The position numbers were made by a program, and so were the translations under genes. The notes beneath the pieces are model-generated. The model saw nothing but the letters and a program-made list of their open reading frames with translations, did no database searches and was not told the DNA's origin. From Trypanosoma brucei (Eukaryota): a DNA stretch of 64,000 nucleotides. Positions 1 to 9,870 of the stretch are shown here, in pieces; position 1 is the first letter of the stretch; each line of letters starts with the position of its first letter. Where the stretch lies: contig CP000067.1 in NCBI GenBank assembly GCA_000002445.1, forward strand, positions 96,001 to 160,000, written 5' to 3'.

Positions 1-3000
1 ATTAGTTGCTACAAGCTCACTGATCGCATCAGAGGTTAGCAGCGGAATGCGCGGCCGGTTCATGCTCCCGACTTCCTCATGACAATGTTTTGAAAGATCG
101 GATAAACTCGACGTGAAACGACCTAGGGCACTTACATTCCAACTTTCTGTTCTCTCGTGTGAAACGTGTGCGGATTTGCTCAAAGTTGTACGAACATTTG
201 CCACCGAATGCACACTCGTTGGGGATGAAACACGAGTGACTGGTTCTTCTGTTTGCTGCTGTTCGGCCATAGCGGACTCCAACCGATCTCGTGGGTTGAG
301 TGTATCAAGCAGAAAGCGCGCTCGATCTAGCATTGCTTTTTCATCGCCTTGTTGCAGGGCCTCCAGTATGAGATATGATTTCTTGCGCATAAAGTCGAGG
401 GATTTCTCCACATGCTTTAGCAACGAAACGTTTTTTGTCCTCCGCAAGTGCCAGGCATGGGCCGCGCAGAATGCGCGCATAACATACTCTAAGCGATCCT
501 GGTAAGGAACATGTTTCTTGCGGTACAGTTCTTGCCACTGAGAAAGAAGATCACCAAAACCTTCAAACAGGTCAGTTAGTTCTTTCTGGTCTTCTTTGTC
601 TAGTAGAACTTCGTCACTCATTCCGGGGACGTTATGCTTCTTTAGAACTTCCTCTGAAAGGCCCCCGCGGAATATGCTGTTCTGCGGAAAAACAACGGTA
701 TCAGGTAGGCCTTTGAGAAGCAGCTGCTGAGTGTTATGAAGAATTGCCTGACCTAAAGCAAGACATATATCACTAATCCAGTAAGATAACTCTGTTTGTA
801 GCATCACACGCGCATTAACGGTAATAAGTGACTCTTCCTTTTTGGTATTTGTGACGGTAACCTCCACCCTACCACCGCACTCGATGGTTAGGTGCTCATC
901 ACGCATGGTGACAAAGGTGCGCCGGCCTTCGTTTGTTACAAGGGCAACCCTTACCTTATTGGTTTCCCTTGTTGTCGGATGTTCATGCAATACCTCAATG
1001 CTGCGCGCGTAGCGTAAGTCAAGGGATGTCGTGTGTGTGCATGCGGCAGGAACAAAAATTCGATGTGTTTCTGTCAAATTGTGGTTCACATATTGTGCTG
1101 GAAGTATGTCGGCGTAAGGATACAGGACATTACGAGTCTCGTTGAGTAAAGTGAGCACGTCTCTGGCAATGCTGCTGTCGAGTAGTAGATCTACGAGATA
1201 ATGAACAACAGGAAATACCACAACCCCAATGGCAGTTTGTTTAAGCAAATTCAACTCTTCAGTCCCACCGGTATGCCCCGACGCCACGTTAGAAAAGAGG
1301 CCATTGAACAATCGCATTGTTCCCTTGCACAGAGAATTTAGCAACGCTATGGCCACCAGATGCCACTGGGGGTTGGCCTTTCGTGACAAAATACTGAGAA
1401 GGGTTGGGAGCAAGACACACGAGGGTCTGAATGACGCCCCTTTTCCTGTTAAAATCAACTGCGATTCCGCCAAGCACGCTTCCTTCAGACGATTTAAAAA
1501 CGCCATAAACGGTTTCTTTAAGTCCTTTTCCAATACGCTAGTGACCAACGACGGTATATAGTCGGATACTAAAAGGTCTTTTATGTCCGTCAGTCTTTCC
1601 GTGCTCAAAATTCTTTCTAACAAGTAGTCATAGCTGACGCACTCCATAACTAAAACACGGTGCAGCTCCTTAAAGACAAACTGAGTCTCCATCAAAATAC
1701 CCCTGTCTTCGGGTTCCAACCTGCTAAGTGTCTCAAACATATCCACAATAATAGCCACCAAATGTGGCGGGCATCCCCTCTTAATCCAAGTAAGTTGCTG
1801 AGTCAGCAGCCGACCACACACACAAAGGAGAAGTAGGGAACTGCTGTTCCTCCCAAGAGGTTGTTTGACGCGTAATATTAAGTCCTGTGAAATGTCAATA
1901 AGCCTAGAAACGGTTCGAAGTGATGTGCTATTCCAGGAAAAAAACTGAGGGGTGTACTGTGTGCCGCCGCAACACCTTCCTTCGGCGACCAACACGGCAT
2001 TTAGTCGATGCAGAATAAGGTTCGAGAGTGAAAAGGGTGTCACGATGCCTTTATCACCTTCGAGTTCCAAGAATTTTTCGCTCACAGTTTCTTCATCACG
2101 CATACTTTCAAGTTCTCTCACATGCATGGCGGGTGGTGCTTGCGTATCCACCCAACGAAGACTCAGGCCACTACTTACGTCACAGATAACACTATACATA
2201 CGGCTTGTGAACCCGCATAGAAAATATAGTTCCTTTGGATGAACGTCTGCGGTACACTGCTCCAAAATGCGACCATTTGCATCCATCCAAGTACAAAATC
2301 CATCCTCCACAATGGCAGTCTCGAACGTGTTTGTCACTACGTAGTAGTCTCCTAATGGTGTGTATGGAATTGCTTCCTTCTCTGTAACATCACAGCCAAA
2401 GGGTACTTTGGGGGGTGGACCCCACGAAATGACGCCCTTCCACGTGATGGCGCCGTCACTGCTTCTTAGGCAGCAACCAGAACCCTCATTCATCTTGAAA
2501 GAGCACAGTAAACCACACTGGGAAGCAGGTGAGAGTCTCCCCTTAGCAGAAGTAAGCATATCATTGATGCATTGAGCTCGGTGCCAGATTTGAATATTCG
2601 AGATAAATCCACTGAACGAGCCACGGAGTAGATCTACGGAACCCGTTGTGGAAGTGGAAAGATTGGCCACTTTGCACCTTACAGCACAACTTTTAATCAT
2701 CACCGCATCTTTGTAGACATTCCAAGTGAACACACCATTTGTGTTTTGCAGTGTTGCACTCCAAAGGGCCCACTCACTCCGCAACGGTTCATGAACCTCA
2801 ACACGCAAATCCTCATCATGCCCGAAGCATATTGAGAGCAGAGATGTTTTACTGTTTATAGCCACTTTCACCGAAAGCCACTCCTTATTGAAACATCTCA
2901 CATGAACAAGACCCATCGATGTGCACTGCTCTGCTCGGACGGGACAGAGAAAGAATTGAACACTGAGAGATTCGGCCTCTGGTGGAATCAGCAGTGTGGG

Positions 3001-4722
3001 CGGTCCAACGGTTCCGTGAACAGACATCGATGCACTGAATTTTGCATAGAATGGCGCACTCTTATTGGGATGAAAGTGGGGAATAACAAAGCGGTCCATG
3101 CCACTGTACACGTAAACGCCACTATTCCCATTCGTTTTGCAAGCCTCCAGTACACGGCGTACCTGAAGCGTTTCCGCATCGTAAAACGTCACGACGCCCA
3201 CAGTCTTCGATTGTACAGCAATTTGATTGTTCTCAAGAAAGACGCCACGACAGCCTGTTAGAGAAATATTTTCATTCTTGCAAACTAAGTTATAGGGAGG
3301 CACTAAAAGAACCTTATAAATCCCGCGTGTCGTTAGTACGACTCCGTGCAGTTCACCATTACGTGAAACAACACAAGCCCCAATAACACTGCGTGATATC
3401 TCCATCCCAAGGGAATGTGCTAAGGAAACATCGTGACACTTCACCCACGATGTGGGAAACAACACTCGCATCCGGGGTCTTGCATATGTTTCAATCGAAG
3501 TAATCCAAGGGCGGATGCCCTTCAGTGTAACCCTGTCCGCCAAATCAGGATGCCTATACACCCATCGAAAAATTGATAGTAATGAGTCGATATCCTTTGA
3601 TGCTAAAACCAATTTAAATAGAAGTTCAATGGCACCGAAAAGCCACCGCGAGTCACCTCCACCTCCACTAAAGGAACAACTTTCTTGTTCGACCTGCTGA
3701 AGCAGAATTCTGAAAACCCGCCGCATCCCCCACGAACGAAGAGTCTCATTGGTCGAGTTGATGCCACACCTGTCTATCACCTTGTGAAGCATACGCACGA
3801 CTTGCATGGGGACACGGGGATGCAATGAATCAGAAACCACAGCAATCGCCCAGTCGAAGCTACTTACGGTATCAACATCACTAACCGGTACACCACTTCT
3901 GGAAACACTTTGATCATCCTCAATGTCATCACCATCATCATCACAGGAATTTTCATCCTCCCAAGCTGACCGCACGGGCTCATCAAAGCATGTGCCACCA
4001 GTAAGCGATACGAGTTCCGCTTGTGTCGTTTCAGAGCTAGCAGCAGCCTTCACAAGCAAGCATCGGAGGAAAAGGGGGCTCAGAGTTCTCTGGCGGCGAG
4101 CAAACTCAACTGCTGTAAACCTTATGAAGCGGGCCACTTCTTCCGTGTCCGGGTGATGCACATTCAAAATATCAGGCAACTCAGGAAGCTGTGCAAAGGG
4201 AGCGAACGATGCGCCCTTTACAGGTGCCGGCACCAGCGGCCACGCTCTTGAAAAAAGATCCGCCGGACTGTACCTCACAAGATTATCTAAACTAAGAGAG
4301 ATCCCTCGCTCAGGATACACATTGATGTTTTCACACGGGTCCAGTTCGCTGTTAATATCCCACACGTTTCCATGAACTTGTCTCTTTGAAAAACGATACA
4401 TTTCGGGGACAACAACGGTATGTTTGATATTCCTCTCATCGTTCTCTTCGCGGCTGATTGATGGTCTCAAGGCACGCCGTCGCCGAGGTGGAGCCCTCGT
4501 TGTTTCAGGTAGCATCTGTTGGTGATGCGGCACGCTGGAATAACTATCTGTGCTAACGCTATCCTCCTGCGCGGCCGGAAGCTCCCTTACGTGAGCCTCT
4601 GAAAGCAACACCTCCGGCGGAATGTCTGTTAAGGAAGTCGGAACGGCCAACGCAAAAGGGCCCTCAACGGATGCCACCAGTTGGTGATTTGTGCCCCCTG
4701 CCGCCATTTCGGACTGCGCCAT
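1..4722 (-). CDS. Large hypothetical protein, 5' part only: ATG at 4722-4720, at least 1574 codons, C-terminus beyond window start.
   Basis: Minus-strand frame whose codons end on coordinates divisible by 3 is open from the ATG at 4722 to position 1. I hand-translated stretches around 4722, 2400-2460 and 1010-1080; all were stop-free and coding-like (e.g. MAQSEMAAGG..., SDGAITWKGVISWGPPPKVP, NLTETHRIFVPAACTH). The ORF track lists no minus ORF in this frame, as expected for an ORF with no in-window stop. Only short plus-strand ORFs lie antisense to it. A T16 tract on the transcribed strand sits just upstream at 4791-4806. Product not recognised. Confidence 0.5.
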   Translation of the reverse strand, partial: MAQSEMAAGGTNHQLVASVEGPFALAVPTSLTDIPPEVLLSEAHVRELPAAQEDSVSTDSYSSVPHHQQMLPETTRAPPRRRRALRPSISREENDERNIKHTVVVPEMYRFSKRQVHGNVWDINSELDPCENINVYPERGISLSLDNLVRYSPADLFSRAWPLVPAPVKGASFAPFAQLPELPDILNVHHPDTEEVARFIRFTAVEFARRQRTLSPLFLRCLLVKAAASSETTQAELVSLTGGTCFDEPVRSAWEDENSCDDDGDDIEDDQSVSRSGVPVSDVDTVSSFDWAIAVVSDSLHPRVPMQVVRMLHKVIDRCGINSTNETLRSWGMRRVFRILLQQVEQESCSFSGGGGDSRWLFGAIELLFKLVLASKDIDSLLSIFRWVYRHPDLADRVTLKGIRPWITSIETYARPRMRVLFPTSWVKCHDVSLAHSLGMEISRSVIGACVVSRNGELHGVVLTTRGIYKVLLVPPYNLVCKNENISLTGCRGVFLENNQIAVQSKTVGVVTFYDAETLQVRRVLEACKTNGNSGVYVYSGMDRFVIPHFHPNKSAPFYAKFSASMSVHGTVGPPTLLIPPEAESLSVQFFLCPVRAEQCTSMGLVHVRCFNKEWLSVKVAINSKTSLLSICFGHDEDLRVEVHEPLRSEWALWSATLQNTNGVFTWNVYKDAVMIKSCAVRCKVANLSTSTTGSVDLLRGSFSGFISNIQIWHRAQCINDMLTSAKGRLSPASQCGLLCSFKMNEGSGCCLRSSDGAITWKGVISWGPPPKVPFGCDVTEKEAIPYTPLGDYYVVTNTFETAIVEDGFCTWMDANGRILEQCTADVHPKELYFLCGFTSRMYSVICDVSSGLSLRWVDTQAPPAMHVRELESMRDEETVSEKFLELEGDKGIVTPFSLSNLILHRLNAVLVAEGRCCGGTQYTPQFFSWNSTSLRTVSRLIDISQDLILRVKQPLGRNSSSLLLLCVCGRLLTQQLTWIKRGCPPHLVAIIVDMFETLSRLEPEDRGILMETQFVFKELHRVLVMECVSYDYLLERILSTERLTDIKDLLVSDYIPSLVTSVLEKDLKKPFMAFLNRLKEACLAESQLILTGKGASFRPSCVLLPTLLSILSRKANPQWHLVAIALLNSLCKGTMRLFNGLFSNVASGHTGGTEELNLLKQTAIGVVVFPVVHYLVDLLLDSSIARDVLTLLNETRNVLYPYADILPAQYVNHNLTETHRIFVPAACTHTTSLDLRYARSIEVLHEHPTTRETNKVRVALVTNEGRRTFVTMRDEHLTIECGGRVEVTVTNTKKEESLITVNARVMLQTELSYWISDICLALGQAILHNTQQLLLKGLPDTVVFPQNSIFRGGLSEEVLKKHNVPGMSDEVLLDKEDQKELTDLFEGFGDLLSQWQELYRKKHVPYQDRLEYVMRAFCAAHAWHLRRTKNVSLLKHVEKSLDFMRKKSYLILEALQQGDEKAMLDRARFLLDTLNPRDRLESAMAEQQQTEEPVTRVSSPTSVHSVANVRTTLSKSAHVSHERTESWNVSALGRFTSSLSDLSKHCHEEVGSMNRPRIPLLTSDAISELVATN

Positions 4723-4790
4723 CACAGGCTTTGTCCACAAGCTAATTCTTCGACGGCAAGTTCAGGCGAGAGATATAACAAAATATGTGA

Positions 4791-4806
4791 AGCAAAAAAA
4801 AAAAAA
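4791..4806 (-). promoter_or_regulatory. T16 polypyrimidine tract upstream of the large partial ORF (A16 on plus strand).
   Basis: Plus strand aagcaaaaaaaaaaaaaaaacag at 4789-4810, about 70 nt upstream of the ATG at 4722 on the transcribed strand, with candidate AG acceptors in between. Confidence 0.4.
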
Positions 4807-5306
4807 CAGTCTTAGACGATAATCCCCTTTTCAGATTGTGCTTTTCCTATTCGAATCCCCCTCCTTTCTTTTTCTCTTTGTTTGCGTTTGTACGCACCTT
4901 TAGTACCCTCTGTCCAAACCCGCCGAATAAGAGGAGAAGGGAGAAAAAAAAAGGCAAAAAGTTGTGCTACAGAAAGGGTAAGTGACTGAGTGAATAGCAA
5001 TGGCGACAATTCCTCAAAACCCTTAAATAATATACGGACACATTAACTGACTAGTGGAACTAGTAGGCGCGATCTGACTACACGGTGACTATCATCATCC
5101 CTGCCTAAATGCTTTCTTTATTATGTTAAGCACCGAGTCGTGCAGAGAAATTAACGGGCGCTCACAAAGATACACCAAATAATTATTATCACTTTGCCTT
5201 TTTCGGTACTCCTATATTTAGGCAAAAGAGATGAAGCACGTCCTTTCACTAAACACCCACAAGGTTGGAATATCCACTGCGAATGGGATGGCTCGTCGTA
5301 ACGCTC

Positions 5307-6563
5307 TCAAGGAAGCCCGTTGCGGTTTCCAGTTGCTAAGCTCCTTTCCATATTCTCGCCTCCTCGTTGTGTCGCATCGGAGTTTGCGAGGAGTGGCGTA
5401 TCACCGCACGGGTAGTTCGCTCGCGGGCACCATCTCCAACGAACGTCCGACAAGGCGTACACAAGGACACCGATAATAATCAAGACGTAGGCTGCGAAGA
5501 AAACAGGCGTGGGGTAAATGCGAAAAAAAACCACATTCCATATGATCCCGTATACACTTGTCGCCAGTAGAGATACGTTACCGAAGACTGCGCTTTTCAT
5601 GAAGAACAGAGCTGGGATGCCAGTGTACACAAGCAACATCGAAAAACCAAACAACATCTGATAGAGCCAGTCCTCGGAAGTCCACACTTGCGTTCGCGAG
5701 TTGAAACCGTCCCACTCAACAACAAAAAACTGAATAGTAGCTATAACAAGAGCGAAACAAGACATGAAAGATATGCTTTCAATAACGGGTATGTAGGCTG
5801 GTACGTCCCTTGACTCCCCCTCCCCGGCGACTTCCGTTGCGGTCAACCGCGGGGAGACGTTTACCGTCTCGCCCTCGTGCTTGTGCTCGTTGATGGTTGT
5901 TTCGCAATTACTCTCAGCTATTCGGTCTCGGGGGGTCGAGCCACCACCGGCACTTGGAAACTGAACATTGGAATTGCCCGGTTTAATTAAATACTCCATG
6001 AAAACATTCGACACGGCGTACAAGCTTGCCGCGAGAAGGCATAAGAGATCGCCCTTAAGGGCATTCGGACCAACTTCAGTGCGGGATATACCGTCAGCAT
6101 CTAACAGGATAAGAAGGACCAGACCACCAGTTGCCACAACGCACCCAGTTATATGGGTTATGGAAAACCGCATCTTGAGGATAAAGTAGCTCAAAACAAG
6201 CACACAAGGAATGGAAAAGCAGATAAGTAGCTGAGCCGAGACAAGGTCCGTGTACTGGAAAGCTTTCACAATAACAAAGTTCGCCTGCGAATCTACAAGC
6301 CCAAGAAAAAAGTACTTCCATGGCCTGTAGAGGAGCGTAAAGTTTTTGAACGTTTCATGTCGATGCCGAAGAAATAGAAAGAGGTACAGTGGGCCATAGA
6401 ACGTGAAGATGAATGCGTATGCAGTTAGGGACTGAAGGACTGGATAGCTAGCGTTGTTGTTGATCAATTTGGTGGTCGACACTCCCGTAAAAGAGTTTAA
6501 AAGAGCTACAAGCTGACCAAACAGCACATACAACGGAAGCAACTTCAATGCCGACTTCCTCAT
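5307..6563 (-). CDS. SLC35F1/F2-like drug/metabolite-transporter-superfamily membrane protein (multi-TM).
   Basis: 419-aa track ORF; its first codon is TTG, and the true ATG is at 6563. About 10 hydrophobic segments. The motif FQYTDLVSAQLLICFSIPCVLVLSYFILKMRF resembles the SLC35F1/F2 / DUF914 signature (QYTS...LLDC..IP....LS..FLK.RY). Confidence 0.55.
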   Translation of the reverse strand: MRKSALKLLPLYVLFGQLVALLNSFTGVSTTKLINNNASYPVLQSLTAYAFIFTFYGPLYLFLFLRHRHETFKNFTLLYRPWKYFFLGLVDSQANFVIVKAFQYTDLVSAQLLICFSIPCVLVLSYFILKMRFSITHITGCVVATGGLVLLILLDADGISRTEVGPNALKGDLLCLLAASLYAVSNVFMEYLIKPGNSNVQFPSAGGGSTPRDRIAESNCETTINEHKHEGETVNVSPRLTATEVAGEGESRDVPAYIPVIESISFMSCFALVIATIQFFVVEWDGFNSRTQVWTSEDWLYQMLFGFSMLLVYTGIPALFFMKSAVFGNVSLLATSVYGIIWNVVFFRIYPTPVFFAAYVLIIIGVLVYALSDVRWRWCPRANYPCGDTPLLANSDATQRGGENMERSLATGNRNGLP

Positions 6564-6939
6564 CAATGGCGTTCCCCCCCTGAAAATTGCCCTCCCTTCC
6601 CTGCTTTAGGTGTTACTAACTCGTAGGTAGAATCGTGAATACATACAAACGTGGAAAAAGAATTGTGAGAACAGTTGATTTAATGGAATAGCAGCAAACG
6701 AACCCTGAGGGAGGCTCAAAAACACACGCATGTGCATAATACGCAAAGGCACGCAACACAGTTCAAAGTTAGCAATGTGTGGTGACAGACTACGCCGAAT
6801 ATTATGCGAAAAGTTAAAGCGTAAAGGGGGAAAAAAAGGCGGCGCAACCGTTTGCGTTCCTCCTCGCTCGTACCCGAGCCATGTGCGGTGTAAGACAAAT
6901 GTAGTTACAAAGGCAGTACACCGGAAGGAAACACTACTC

Positions 6940-8079
6940 CTAGAACTTACCCTCACTGTTTAGATCCCTTCTTTTCGACAGTATCGCTTCGAGGAGTTGC
7001 TGATACACGTAGGTCGAGAAGACTGAAGTCAGTTTTCGTTGAAGCCACATTGGAATGTGACTTGGGATGCTGGCGTCGTTCGCAGATGTCATCACCACAA
7101 GAGTCCCGTCCAGTTTCCGGGTTTCTTTGAAATGACTGGTAGTCTCCATGAAAAGATTATACACTGCCTTTGTGTTCTCTTCGCTCACCATACTCCCACC
7201 AAACGACAAGCGATCCGGTTGCTTCCAAACTTGAGCTGTGACATCAGAAATAGGGACGATAAGTACGTGTTGATAATTCATAGAAACAAGAGAAACCTTC
7301 CGCCCTCCGCTGCATGACCGCATCCACTCGGCAAACCGCTCAGACTGTGTCCGCGCATGGTTTAGCATCTCGCCATCTCCACTATAGAGGACATCATACA
7401 TTCTCAGCGGATTGGCGTCGGCCCCCCCTTGCTTTGTGTAACACAAGGAACGACGTTGATAAATAAATAGGCGCTCTGCGATTCCAAATTTTTCCAACAG
7501 CGAGTTCCCCACCCTGTGGGCAAACCAACCGCTGTCGACAACGCAACTGGTGACATCTGGCAACAAGAGACATCTGTCACCCTCACAAACCGGAGTTTTG
7601 CGTGTCACATGCTCCATGGGGCGCCGTATAAGACCCAACGGGTCAATAAACTTCCGCGTGCCGTCGTCCCATCGACAAAACATTGTGTAATTGTGGTCCC
7701 ATTGCCGTCGCAGCTTGAGATCTGTCATGTGGCGGTGAACTTCCTCAGGAGCCACCCCAGGAAGGTAACCAATGAGACGAAGAACTGGCACTCCTCGACC
7801 ACCATTAGACACGGCGGTGTACGTTGTGCTTAGCCGAAGTACCTGCAACCCCGGTTCATTCCCTACGCTCTCTAACTTCGCTGGTGGCGGAAAACTTGTA
7901 CTTTCGATGCGCCACTGCCCTTTGTGTGCATCTAAAAAGTCCATGCATGCTAGAAGTTGCTCAGAACCACTCACAGGAGATGACAGTTCTTGCAGCCACA
8001 CGGAAGAACGCCTGGTGAAGGTGGCAACAGCGGCGGAAACGCAGAGAGTCGCAGTCCTCCTATAGAACGTTCGTGGCAT
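6940..8079 (-). CDS. START-domain (StAR-related lipid-transfer) like protein, with an R-rich N-terminal presequence-like segment.
   Basis: Track ORF starts at TTG (8091); first ATG is at 8079 (MPRTFYRRTATLCVSAAVATFTRRSS...). LKLRRQWDHNY matches the PCTP/START motif DYRKQWD, and RLFIYQRRS matches RDYVYLRQRR. Long ORF with no competing frame. Confidence 0.45.
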   Translation of the reverse strand: MPRTFYRRTATLCVSAAVATFTRRSSVWLQELSSPVSGSEQLLACMDFLDAHKGQWRIESTSFPPPAKLESVGNEPGLQVLRLSTTYTAVSNGGRGVPVLRLIGYLPGVAPEEVHRHMTDLKLRRQWDHNYTMFCRWDDGTRKFIDPLGLIRRPMEHVTRKTPVCEGDRCLLLPDVTSCVVDSGWFAHRVGNSLLEKFGIAERLFIYQRRSLCYTKQGGADANPLRMYDVLYSGDGEMLNHARTQSERFAEWMRSCSGGRKVSLVSMNYQHVLIVPISDVTAQVWKQPDRLSFGGSMVSEENTKAVYNLFMETTSHFKETRKLDGTLVVMTSANDASIPSHIPMWLQRKLTSVFSTYVYQQLLEAILSKRRDLNSEGKF

Positions 8080-8322
8080 AACTGTAGCCAAACACCTGCT
8101 TTCTCACTCTGCGGTGCTACTTACGTCGATTCCATTGGCGCACACAAACACACACAGACGTGAGATTGATTATAGTGGCGAGGACGATACACAATAAATA
8201 ATGAGAGGGAAGTGGTGAATCGGTAAAAGGTGCGGAAGATCAGTTGGATGAAGCGGTCGAGGTGGGAGAAAAAGATAGGCGGAAGAACGTTTGCAAGGAT
8301 TACGAATGTAAGGAACATGCAC

Positions 8323-8340
8323 ATATATATATATATATAT
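8323..8340. repeat. (AT)9 microsatellite.
   Basis: acatatatatatatatatatgcg in the intergenic region downstream of the 229-aa hypothetical gene. Confidence 0.9.
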
Positions 8341-8393
8341 GCGTCTGTGCGTGTAAACCAGCGCCCGAAAAGACTGGATTTGTTGGCGTATTC

Positions 8394-9083
8394 TCACATT
8401 TCACCTAACCTCCCTTCTTTACGCATGAGAAGTACGCATTCGAGTTCCTTCTCCGCTAGTAGTGCGCTTGGGTACATTTGGTCAGCATTAACCAAAGTCA
8501 TAAAAGAACTCGGTGTACGAACCGTCTTTACTGCTTCAGCCAAGCCGCCCATACGAACCGCAATTACAGTGGAAACCCATAGATTAAATGGCCGTGGGCG
8601 AAAGCCTCCACGATGCACGGGGACACTTAGTTGGCACAAGTTCTTGGGCAGGACGAATAGATGACTTACATCTTTGGGTATGTTGTACCAACGCGGTTTA
8701 CCATCGGAAGATGCCGCAGCCGACAACGCCATCAAGCTGCCTTCACCTGAATTGTGTGGCAAAACGCCCCCAGGCGCAAGGAACTCCTTGTTTATTGGGA
8801 ACTTATACAATGTATCGCGTGCTAGCGCGGGTGATGATGCAAGTTGGACAAAACTCTCCCCGGTTAGAGGGGACCAAATGTTTAGAGGGCTGCACATGTA
8901 ACGCAGCGTCAGACCGAGAGCAGACGCAAGTTCACAGCTAAGCCAAAGAGGACTTCCGAGACGGTGCACATGCGCGAAATGGGTTACCTGCCGAACAGTG
9001 GAACAGTCTGTGATAAATTCCCTGGTGTCGAGAAGATACACCACTTGTGAAGAATTGTGACTCCCTCTACTTGTCAAACGCAT
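8394..9083 (-). CDS. Hypothetical protein (229 aa).
   Basis: ATG confirmed at 9083. Non-low-complexity ORF in the transcribed orientation, with spacing consistent with the polycistron. No recognisable domain. Confidence 0.4.
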   Translation of the reverse strand: MRLTSRGSHNSSQVVYLLDTREFITDCSTVRQVTHFAHVHRLGSPLWLSCELASALGLTLRYMCSPLNIWSPLTGESFVQLASSPALARDTLYKFPINKEFLAPGGVLPHNSGEGSLMALSAAASSDGKPRWYNIPKDVSHLFVLPKNLCQLSVPVHRGGFRPRPFNLWVSTVIAVRMGGLAEAVKTVRTPSSFMTLVNADQMYPSALLAEKELECVLLMRKEGRLGEM

Positions 9084-9870
9084 TCTTTCTCGTTAGTTTG
9101 TTCGTTTCCGTCCTAACGGCATGACGTGCGTGTGTGAAAGAAATTCACCATTGTGCAGCAAAAGAGCGCACAAGTAGTGCAAACATTTAAAAAAATAATA
9201 CACAAGTAGATATATATATCAATGTGTTGACGGGGATACAGCAAGTGAAATAGCCGAACTTACTCATCAACATACTTTTCTTCAGTAATCTCTAACGAGT
9301 GAAACTCGTTAGCACACGCCGAGGTGGCGCCTAAGCCCTGTTCCCTCTGCGCCGCATCTCTCTCTCTTTTTCATCGTCTTGGTTAACCCCACGCACTTTC
9401 ATAGCAATACCAACAATATTTGCACAATCCGCTGCGGGCCTTCAATAAATGGAAATTTTCCAGCACACCGAGCACAGTGTTGGTCAAACCGTCACACAAC
9501 AAATTCCAACAATGAAAAACACACTGCTTGCAGATCCTCTCTTGAAACTACACCAAATGGTGTGTCTTTGTCTGCTGCCTGAAATAGTTCTGCGCTTTTG
9601 ACACTGGAAAAGTTAACCAGCATCAACCCAGAGTCTTGTGCACGCCGCACTACAGCAGACACGCGCCCATTCCTACGGAGTTTGCAAATCTCATGTACGA
9701 GATGTTACCTACTGCTTTCAACTCAGTGGCCGCCAATAATAGAGGCGCGCCCAGAAATGTCACGGGAGGTTATGCCACCGTATTTTCCCAGCACATCGCT
9801 GTGGGAAAAAATAACAAATACAAGAAGTTCACATACCCTCTCCTTCCCTGCGAGGGTTCGTATCATGCGG

